DNA of 64,000 nucleotides from Lytechinus pictus (Eukaryota): NCBI RefSeq assembly GCF_037042905.1, contig NC_087252.1, positions 8,930,001 to 8,994,000 of the forward strand, read 5' to 3'. Shown piece by piece: positions 40,559 to 51,121 of this stretch (position 1 is its first letter; each line of letters starts with the position of its first letter). The notes under the pieces were generated by a model. It saw only the letters and a program-made list of their open reading frames with translations, ran no database searches and was not told where the DNA came from. The position numbers and the translations under genes were made by a program.

Positions 40559-41205
40559 CATGTATATATATAAACATTGAACATTCTGAGCAATGTTTGT
40601 GATCCTGAACAAGATGCGTACGTAACTAGATAATAACCGTGAGCGCGAAGCGCGATCATAATTTTCTTTGTAATATACGCTCTGGGCCTCAAAAGGGACT
40701 ATTAAGGACTGTTTGCAGTTACCGATGAAGACACAACATAATTCAATCATCAGATAATGCGAGCGCGAAGCGCGAGCAGATAACTTTTGTCATTCCTACC
40801 TAAAAACTGGAAATTCTAAGCACTTTTTGTAATCATGAAGGAGATACATGTAGGTATAAAACTAAATAATTGATGCGAGCACGAAGCGTAGGCGGGAAAA
40901 AAAATTGACAGTTGACGTAAAAATAGGACACTCTATTAAGTTTTTTGTAAATTATGAAAAGGATAAGTAATTGGTTATCTTCCTACATTAATTATGCGAC
41001 CTGGATTCTGGGCATACTATATCCATTTTTATTATTATAAAAGTCAATAATGCGAGCGCGAAGCGGGAGCTGAAAAAAAATGAAGCAAAATTATGATAAA
41101 CTTTTCCAACTAGCATACTAGTGTTTACCTAACATGCCTAGCACTACCACTTTTATTCCCGGTTTCAAATACCTGTTGTGGCCATCTGCCCCCCCCCCCC
41201 CCCCG
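40391..41205. mobile_element. hAT-like element carrying ~118-bp internal repeats and a (CA)n(TA)n microsatellite
   Basis: Starts CAGGGGCGTCGATCC, has four GCGAGCGCGAAGCGCG-type motifs and ends near a poly-C run. Right TIR not clearly seen. Confidence 0.55.
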
Positions 41206-41499
41206 TGTATGGAATAGTTCTGACTGATCCAATTATCGCATATTATATTTTAGAATAAACACAATTTTTTTTTTTTTTTTTGTAAACAATGAAATCATTC
41301 GTTAAAACAACGGTAATCATAGGTCTACGGTCCAGTTGGAAGTGTTAGTTTAAAAAGAAATATGGGGGGGGGTATCATGAACTAAGTATAAGGCGACTTT
41401 TTTCTTTCAGGTGCAATGCATTTGGTGAAGAAAAAAAATAAGGATACAGCTGGAACGTACACTTTTTACCAAAAACTGTGGCTATATAACCACGGAGGA

Positions 41500-41820
41500 T
41501 GCGTGGCAGTGCGCGCAAAGCCACGACTGTAACGAACTGCCACGAATAGTCCGGCACGACAACTTCGTAAAATTTTGCGCAAACTCGTCGTGCGAATGTG
41601 GGAAGTGCATAAACTATGCGCATGAACTCGTCGTGCCAGTTCGTGTCAATGTGGACACTGATGGGCAAGCATTCGTAAACCATTCGTGAACTCGTCGTGA
41701 ACTATGCGTGAACTAGTCGGGAACAGTGCGGGAGCCTCTCAGTTCGTGCCCCAAAATGGCACGACTTGCCACTACAAAACCATGGCCAAAAGTCGTGCAA
41801 GTATCAGCCTGGTTTGATTT
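41500..41820. repeat. CACGA/TCGTG-rich repeat fragment, probable DNA transposon end
   Basis: Dense short CACGA/TCGTG motifs and high CpG in an AT-rich context. Confidence 0.5.
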
Positions 41821-42296
41821 TACTATGAACATTTGCACCAACGAAACTGATTCCAAACCGACCGATGTTATATCAATTAAATGGTGGCAACGTCGAGTCG
41901 GTTTCAATGGTGTGTTTGTTGCCAGAGAGCACATACAGAGGTATCACTAAGCCAGAGCATGATCACGCCACCTACGGCATGCCATGGATGATGTGAGGGG
42001 AAAGAAGTGCCATTTTGCCCTCAAGCTAACACATCACTAACAAATTAACTATTTCTAAGGCTTATGTGCAAAAAATTAGATTTGATAAAATTACAAAAAA
42101 TATGTGTTATAATGACAAAATTCATAATCTTGCCATTTTGAGATCATCAAATATTCCTCATATTCACAGAAGATGAAAATAATATTTTCCGCGTTTCTGT
42201 CTTGTTTTGTTTTGGTTTGGTTTTTCATTCTCAGGAGAGGATCTGAAACCTGGAATACAAAAATGTAGCTGCCGCAATAGTGATGATAGGTATTTT

Positions 42297-42380
42297 GGGG
42301 GTTCGGTGTAAAAATGGTAGAGGTAAAAATGGCACAGGTAAAATTGGCAGAGGTAAAATGGCAGAGGTAAAAAATGCCAG
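42297..42380 (+). repeat. Short ~15-bp tandem repeat (GGTAAAAATGGCAGA), probable transposon subterminal array
   Basis: About five units follow GGGGTTCGGT. Confidence 0.65.
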
Positions 42381-43596
42381 TCTTCAACCTAATGCAGTAG
42401 AAATGTCAGAATAAATTACCTCATAAAGATGGCAAGTTAACAAGGAAAAATGGAAAGAAGAGAGTTTAAGTTATATGTAATATTGGACTGATGAATAGGG
42501 TCATATTTTCTTGAATTATAGATAGATCGTCTGCAACAAAGTGATAAACCTTTAGTATGCATTTTTTTGCTAACTTCTGAAAAGACATGTCAAATCACTC
42601 TACTAACTGACTAACACATTCAAATTCTAAACACACTTTGGACCCCAAGTATTGAACTTTCACCCTGTATACAAGGGAAGTTCGCCCTGACAAATTTCGG
42701 TGTAAAGGTATGAGTAAAAGAGATAAGAATTTTAATGGGGAATAAAGAAATCCTTCAGAGATGTAAAAAGATATTAGAAATTTATCTCTATATAACTATC
42801 TGTGACGTCATATGCGAGTAGCTCCCTCATATGAAATTAATGTTATTTTCTTAACAACAACAAATGAAAACATTTCTTATTGTACCTTAAATACGTGTTT
42901 AGGGTGCTTTTCGAGACCCCATGGTCGCGCATGGTATCCTCTCGTCAATGGAAGTGGCCCCTCCGGATGGTCATTGCTTAGTCATAAGCACCTGTTTTAC
43001 TTATGATTTTCTTATTTAGATGGGTTTAAATCTAATCTGCATTTGTAGATAACAGTTACTTCAATTTTTCAGTAAACTTTTTATCTTAATTGTTTATCCT
43101 TTACACATTTTAAGCCTCCATTAAAATGTAAACCTGAAAATGCAACTTTCTAAGCCCATTTTTCTTTTTCTTCTTTTTCTTCTCCTATTTTTTTTTTTTT
43201 TTTTAATATTCTTATCTTCTTCTTCTTCTTTTCTTTTTCCTATTCTTCTTATTATTTTTCTTATTCTATGTTTTACATGACAACGAGAAGAATTTCACAT
43301 TTCATATAAAAAGTACAAAAGAGTTAGCAAGTGGGTGATGTCATCAGTCCCCTCATTTCGTGACCAATGTAATAACTTTCTTATTTTAATGATAATCAAT
43401 TTTAAATGGTGTGCTTGTTGGTGTTTTTTTTTCTTTGGGTGAAATCATCCTTTAATGAATATTAAATATGTCGTTTTTCCATCTCCTAGTATTTAAATGT
43501 ACTGTATGTCTATATAGACTAAGATTCGTTTGAGATTTTTAGAGAAGAAACCTTGTTTTTCCCTTTTTTTGGGGGGGGATTTATGATCGACAATAA

Positions 43597-44413
43597 GAAG
43601 AGTTTGGTTGCAAAAGGGGTTAGGTCCACTTTGGACAATTCCGAAAAAAAAATCATGTTTTTTATCCTCACTTATTGCAATATTCATATCAGAAACTAAA
43701 TTGTCATGATGTACTACCCTATCATGTGAACATAAAATTGGGTATAAAAGAAATCTAATCGTCTCCAATGTATTTCTATATATATATTTTTTTTAACTAT
43801 CATTGTGGACCTCACCCCTTTTGCAAGCAAACTGAAATTAATCCAATCGATTTTTAATGAAAAAATGTGATTTTTGTTTGCCACTTTTATTCACGTTTTA
43901 ATGTAAACTTCAAATTGTCTTTGCTATCATCAGAGCGACTAAGAATCTATAGGCTTTGAGACAGAAAACAATAAAATTTATGAAAAATTAACCTAACCGT
44001 TTTGAGAAATGAGCTCTTCAGAAGAGTTTGGTTGCAAAAGGGTTAGGTCTACTCCAATTTTTTTTTTTTCTCGCATATTGCAATATTCTTATGCGAAATG
44101 ATACCCTATCATTTGAACATAAAATTGGTTATAGAAGAAATATACATGTCATCATATTTTTTTTAAATATTCTTTTCCAAAAAAAAATTCGTTGTAGACC
44201 TATCCTCTTTTGCAACAAAACTGAAATGGACCTAACCCCTTTTGAAAAAAGGCGATTTTTCTTTGCCATTTTTTTTTGCTCACTTTTTAATGGGATTTTC
44301 AACTTTTCTTTGGTATCATGTTATAGAGCTACTAAAAATTTTTTACATTGGGACAGAAAAAAAATCTAATTTGGAGAAAAATGGACCTAACCTCTTTTGC
44401 AACTGAGCTCTTA
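43597..44413. mobile_element. Dimeric Sola1-like element, copy 2 (uninterrupted A+B units)
   Basis: Same family, with the units joined by GAGCTCTTCAGAAGAG. TSD degraded. Confidence 0.78.
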
Positions 44414-45933
44414 AATATTTGCCTCGAATGATTTCCAAGATGTTGGGAATCTTTTTTCGAAGAAATTAAAAATGCTTGGTTTTCAAAGTATGCCGGTCGT
44501 TCTCTTGTTGGGCCTTAAGCACATGTGTTGCTTGAGACTTCCTTATTATTTAGATAAGTTTGATTCCAATATTCTGCATTTGCTGATAACAATAACTTTT
44601 TTAAGAAATCGAAACATGCTCTTGGTTTTCGAAGTACAGTGGTCAGTGTTTTTTCATTTTTTTGGGGGGGGGGTCAACATATCTGTGTTACTTCCGATTT
44701 CTTTATGTTCATGACTCTGATCATAATATTATTAATTGTAGATGAAAACAGGAACTTCAGTTTTTAATCAAATTTTTATTTAGATTGCTTATTATTCATA
44801 CCTTTTAAATCGCCATTATAAGAGGAAATTTAGAAGAGAAATGTTAATTCTAAGTACATTTCGCGATCGTAAATATGTTGATAATGATCATTTCCTCGAA
44901 CGATTCCCAGATCTGATAAATCTTTTTTTCAAAGAAATTGAAAAATACTCTCGGTTTTCAAAGTAAGCCTATACTGGGCGTTTTCTTGTTAGCCAGAAGC
45001 ACCTGTGTTACTTGAGACTTCCTTGATATTTAGTTAGTATTGATTTCTGCATTTGCTGATAACAAAAACTTTTTAAGATAACCAAAATTACTCTCTGTTT
45101 TTGAAGCAAAGTGGTCAATTATGGAGGTCATAAGCCTCTGTGTCATATTATTATATTCTACATCTATTGATAAAGGGGGTGGTGTGGTTCGATCACTTGG
45201 ACAAATTCTGTCCAATTATATTGTCATAATTATCGGAATTGATGTTCAATGTACACCTGAATTTTCAAATAAAAGACGGTTTCCATCCAATCCTATTACC
45301 ATTCATCGCTTGAGCTTAAGAACGACAATCAATCATCTTGTTCATCCAACTGATTACCGTTGAACTCAATCTTCTTTGTTCATTTTTGGTAAGTTTTGAT
45401 AATTGATTTTTAAACTGATTCATTTTCTCGTTTTCTAATTCATGTTCATCTTTCACATCGAAGAGTTCAGACCCGTCGGCGTCTGTACACCTTGGACGTT
45501 CTTTCACAACGATTAACGTCAAAATATTTTTGAAAATGAAGGATAAAGAGAGAGAAAATGTTGAGATCTAATAATAAAACAATCAGACAAAGAAAACAAT
45601 GAAAGTTTCATACAAATCGGTTAAGAAATACTTAATAAAGATATGATATTGAAAGATTTATATTATTTCGGTGAAACAGTTATCTGCATGTCTTCATGAA
45701 TGTTTAATGAGCAAATTTATGATGTAATATCTCCAGTTTATCGTTTGTATTTTATTATAAAGGAAATTGTGTTTATATTAGATTTTGTCCACCAAAAATT
45801 TAATAATTGGACTGACAATTAATTGTATGCATTTAATACATACTAATAGTCACAAGGGAGAAGTATCATATACATATGTAAAAAAATATTTTGTTCATGT
45901 ATGTTATATTTCCGCACTACATGCGTATTTTAA

Positions 45934-46698
45934 CCCTATCTAGGCCGGTTGAAGTCCTCCCCCCCCCCCCCCAAACGAATCGCGCGATATTTTCGCCGCG
46001 CGAATTTTTTTGACCGGGCCGCTAGCTGACTTTTTACTTTCAAGTCTTGCGCAACTTTTGAGACCAATTTTGCGTCACCCGGGTACGTCGTTCCGAAATT
46101 ACGCAACATTATGTAAGTGCATGTCAAACCAAAAATTGCTCAAAAACGTGGTTTTGTGTACAAAGTCAATGCAAATTGTGTTTTCAACCAAAATTCATAA
46201 ATGTATGATTATTTTTTGCTGGTCTAAATGTATTTATTTCATGCCTTTTATTATCTCAGAAGAGTCCCCAACAAATTTCATTGAAAAAACAATGAAAAAC
46301 AAAAGGTCAAAAACAACAAAATACATAAGAAATTGCAAAAAACAATATAATAGATAAGAAAATGATTTGATATCGCAATTTTTTCATGTACACTTGCTAA
46401 GAACATCACAAAGAGTTTTTATACAAAAAATTAGAACATTTGGAGCTTTATTTAGGAAATTAGAGGAAAAAAGTGTTGTTTTGCATACTAATTACGCATA
46501 AATTAGCATAATCACTTAATATTATTACTTATCATTATTATTACTTAATATTTGTACTGCGCTTTTCCCATTAGGCCCAATGCGATTCGCAAGAAATAAA
46601 TTACGTCGCGGTCGACGGCCGAGATCTCAAGGGGGCCTGGGAGCCCCCCCCCCCCCCCCGGCCATATGAACTCCATAAATACCCCGGCCTAGATAGGG
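45934..46698. mobile_element. piggyBac-like MITE, related to 21018-21778
   Basis: TTAA|CCCTATCTAGGCCGG...CCGGCCTAGATAGGG|TTAA. The interior aligns by eye with the 21 kb copy. Confidence 0.88.
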
Positions 46699-47154
46699 TT
46701 AATACAGCATTCTATTCATGTCGTCAAGTGCTCTAAAATGAAAGCTTTTATTATTCAAATTTGAGCATATTCTCGCTTTACGCTCCCATTCAAAATAACA
46801 TCTAAATGCAGAATGCATTAATGCTCTCTTTTGAAGTGCGAATGTGCGGGTGAATGATAAATTGCATTGCAACAGAATGCGACTTTTTTCAAATTTAGCT
46901 TCCGATTTCACCCAGCACGAATAACTAACTTTAATTCTGTTTTGTCTATTTTTGTCAAAAACGCTCTGTTTTATTATCATTATTATTCTGAACAGATTAA
47001 AAAGGTAAAAATGGTTCTATCGCTATATTCTCCCCCACCTATAGGGTAAAGTTACTTTTTTCAATATAGTTCATAATCGTGGACGTCGATCCGTGTTTCG
47101 AATCCGGGGGGGGGGGGGGGCAGGGGAGTAAAAAACTCCCACGTATAGACTTAA

Positions 47155-47656
47155 AGGTGAAGTCCAGCCCAGAAAAAAGATGATCTCAATAAAAACGCTG
47201 AAATTTGGATATACAATTCGAGAGTTATGACATTAAAAATTTCGCGTATTTTTCACAAAACAGTTATTTGTATCATGTTTTTTATGCACGAATCAGTGAA
47301 ATTAACATGAGAGTTGATGATGACCCTCCTTTCCTATTTCTTCTTGTTATTTCTATTTGAATTATACAATCAAATATATTTCAATTTGTACAAATTTGAC
47401 ATTTAATACCAATTTGACTAAAACAGTGAAAAGGGAGGAATAAAACTACGTTTCACAGAACGAGGGGAAAATGATGCCATTAGCCCCGTGATTTGCATAC
47501 AGACCAGGACGTGCATATATAACTGGGTTTTTTTTATTAGGCGAAACTCAAATATGGCAAAACGTTCTAGTTTTACATCCGATTTTAATGAAATTTTCAG
47601 TGTTATGCTTGAGGGATGGTAAATTAAATTTTTTTTTGTTTGGGAGGTCTTGTCCT
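47155..47656. mobile_element. Kolobok-like MITE, reverse-oriented relative of 59961-60565
   Basis: TTAA|AGGTGAAGTCCA...TCTTGTCCT|TTAA. Confidence 0.78.
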
Positions 47657-47943
47657 TTAAACTTTCAACCTCCTTATAAATTGAGAGGAGGCTATATATG
47701 GTGGATGATGACAAGAGGAGGTAGAAAGAAAATACTGGGGACGATTTAGTTGAATATTGCAACCAAAAACGTGCAAAAACGAACAGTCAATTAAACAAAC
47801 ATAAATCCAAATGACAGTTTTCTTTTATTACTGTCGTCTCTGATATCGTAATTGTGTGATTTCCAGAAATTCATTAAAGACGTAAAATATTTCTTTTCAG
47901 TTTTATAGGGATCTAGATCCCCTTAACCACCTTCTATCTTAAT

Positions 47944-48433
47944 AGGGTTACTTCAGGATAAATATTAATTATAGTAAAATTCACTAAGCGAAATGCTAAA
48001 AATTTTATCAAAATTTGTTAACCAAAAAAGAAGTTATTGAATTTCGCTTATTTATGTTATTAAATGAAATCATAATTATTTCATACCTTTATACATGTGT
48101 GGATAAATAATATGGCTCCCTTATTATAACATAACGTGCATCAATGAAAACCTAACACATTGAATCGGTTGTCAATCCAACTTTTCGTGTTCTTACAGGG
48201 AAAAAAAGTAACATAATATGTAATAAAATACAAATGAATGTGTGGGGATATGGCATCATCGGTTTTCTAATTGAATATTCATGAACACATGCATAGAAGT
48301 ATTTCACCAAAATAATGCAAGTCCCATTACCTTGTTATTCCTTGTCCGATTATGATCAAATTTTCAGTGCTTTGTTTGTCTGATTTTTCTTTATCTGTTT
48401 AAATATAATTTATATTCAGCCTGGAGTACTCCT
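47944..48433. mobile_element. Kolobok-like MITE, family of 28142-28615
   Basis: AGGGTTACTTCAGG...CCTGGAGTACTCCT|TTAA, with shared internal motifs. Confidence 0.7.
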
Positions 48434-48460
48434 TTAAAAAATAATGACGTGGCATGGTGT

Positions 48461-48930
48461 AGAGCATGTTGTGGATTTAGTGGATTAGTATCCAGACGTT
48501 AAAAGAGAAGGTCGTGGGTTCGAATCCCAGCCATGGCGTGATTCCTTCAGCAAGGAATTAATTACGTATGTGAGGTAAATATTTACGGGCAGGAAGTCAA
48601 TCAAAAAGCTGTGAGCATCGGAATCGTTAGGCAGGAAAATAATATAAATGATGTACATGAAATAGGAGCGTTTTAGGCATCTTACAAGGTGGATATGTGC
48701 GCTAGTACAAAACCCATGTATGATATGATAACAATAATAATAATAATTTAACAGTAATAACAATTATTATTATTATTATCATTATCATTTTTTTATTGTT
48801 ATCATTATTTCGAATATTGTTTAGATGATTATAATCACTATGGTCGTTATCAGTAGTAGTAGTATTATTTCTATTATTATTAATAGTAGAATTATTAATA
48901 TAATCATTATCATTGTTATTATTATTTATA
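48461..48930 (+). mobile_element. tRNA-derived SINE with (AAT/ATT)n tail
   Basis: A-box-like TGGATTTAGTGG, B box GGTTCGAATCC, L2-type 3' end (GTGCGCTA...) and a microsatellite tail. Confidence 0.75.
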
Positions 48931-49139
48931 GGAATACAAAATAACTCAAGGTTATTTTAGCTCATTTGCATATGTAGCGCATTCCATAAATAATTCCATA
49001 AATATTTCAATGCGCTTATTAATAATAAATACATTACATCACTTAATCCAGTTCAGCAAATATACATTATTAGTTTAACAAATATACATTATTAATTATC
49101 AACTCGCTTACAATTAGATTGATACGTGTGAATGCATAT

Positions 49140-50053
49140 GAAGAGTTTAGTTGCAAAAGGGGTTAGGTCCACTTTGGACCATTCCGAGAAAAAACATGTT
49201 TTTTATTCTCATTAATTGCAATATTCTTATGAGAAACTAAATTGTCAAGATGTACTACCCTATCATGTGAACATAAAATTGAGTATAAAAGAAATCTACC
49301 TGTCTTCTATCATTTTCTATATTTTTTAAAAGAATATCACTGTGGACCTAACCCCTTTTGCAAGTTAACTAAAATTAATCCAATCTCTTTTGATAAAAAG
49401 TGATTTTTCTTTGCCACTTTCATTCACGTTTTCATTTGAATTGCAAATTTTCTTCGGTATCATCAGAGTGACTAAAAATTTAGAGGTTTACAGACAAAAA
49501 AAAAATTATGAAAAATGGACCTAACCCCTTTTGCAAGTGAGCATTTCATATATCGAAATATCAATCATAATATATAGTTAGAAGCCTAGGAGAAAAATCC
49601 ATGGGCTACCTAATAATTATAAAGAAACCAAACAACTGAGTTCTTCAGAAGAGTTTTGTCACAAAAGGGGTTAGGTGCACTCCAAGAAAATCTTTTTTTT
49701 TTAATTCTCCCATATTGCAATATTCTTTAATATGCGAAACTGAATTTTCATGATACCCTTCCATGATAACATAAAATTGGATATAAAAGACATCTACCCG
49801 TCTTCATATTTTTTATGATATTCTTTTCGAAAAAAATTGTGTGGACCTAACCCCTTTTGCAACTAAACTGAAATGGACCTAACCCCTTATGAAAAAAAAG
49901 GTTTTTTCTTTTGCCATTTTAGTTCACTTTTTAATAGGAATTTCAACTTTTCTTTGGTATCATCTTACAGAGCTATTAAAAATCTATACATTGAGACATG
50001 AAAATCAAATTTGATGAAAAATGGCCCTAACCCCTTTTACAGGTGAGCTCTTC
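49140..50053. mobile_element. Dimeric Sola1-like element, copy 3
   Basis: GAAGAG...CTCTTC with ATAT TSD. About 85 bp of right flank is duplicated between the two units. Confidence 0.8.
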
Positions 50054-50348
50054 ATATATCGAAATATTAATCATAATATATAGTTAGAAGCCTAGGAGAA
50101 AAACCCATGGGCTACCTATAAATAATTATAAAGAAACCAAAGAATTCTAGAAGAAGAAAGTTAATATACTATTTTAATTGTTATTATTGTTACAGTACGA
50201 AGCTTTTTATGTGCGCGAGAAAGCAAGACAAAATTTGGTTTTGCTAGTTTAACTCATTGTTTTACCCGCTCCAATATGATATACACAAATTGATTTCAGT
50301 TTTGTTATTGTTGTATTCTTAATCATCGTCACTATTTTTGCTGTCTAG

Positions 50349-51121
50349 ATTACCACGAAGCTGCTTCCGGAATAGGATCAACAGAGGCTGATGATAGGGA
50401 TCTGAATATATTCGAAGAATCCCTCCGCCAGATGTCCCCAGACACACAGCTTATGTCAAAATCGATGCATGATTTGTATGACTTCGAAACTTTCCTTCAG
50501 AATTCGCGTTGCGACAAAATGTCCTATCTTAAAGTACTGATTCCTTCGGTAACGTATTTCGTTTGCAGCATCAAAGAGTTCTACAAGTCTTACACAGCTG
50601 ACTGGTCCGTCAAGATAAAACATAATATTAAGGACATCAAGCTGGGAATACAGCGTTTTAAAAGATTAGCTAATGTCCTACTTGATATGCTCAATAAATC
50701 GCTCGCCGGTCTAAAGAAAATGAAAGAAAGCGCCGGCAAGCTCAAAGAAGAAGTCCCCAATACAATGAATGAATGTAATATAGTCCTTGAAAATAGTCTT
50801 GAAAATGTAGCCCGTTTCTTTCATATCATGAAAATACATGAGTTGCCTTTTCTTGAAGGCGAAGTCGGCAAACCTGAAGGTGAATGTCTGTCAATGAAGA
50901 TTCATAGCGAGCAAAGGATTGATCTCTACAACAAATTCCATGAAGTTCTACAGACCATGCGCACCGCTATCCTCGAGATTCCCATGTATGTGATGAATGG
51001 AATCGCCATAGACGTACTGCGTAAGGTACACCTGAACGAAATCAAAAGCCAGGTCGATAATAAGATCAAAGAAGATATTGATAGGGCCTTCAAAGAGTTT
51101 GATCATGCTTCTAAAAAGTAA
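50349..51121 (+). CDS. Large, probably terminal coding exon of an uncharacterised alpha-helical/coiled-coil protein (possible ClyA/HBL-NHE-like fold)
   Basis: Longest ORF in the window, with protein-like composition. The frame stays open upstream of ATG 50432 to the acceptor tttttgctgtctag| (phase 1). TAA ends at 51121 and AATAAA follows near 51438 and 51654. Family resemblance is from memory only. Confidence 0.78.

Noticed and set aside
48461..48540. tRNA gene
   Set aside because: A and B boxes are present but there is no intact cloverleaf, and it continues into a SINE body and tail.
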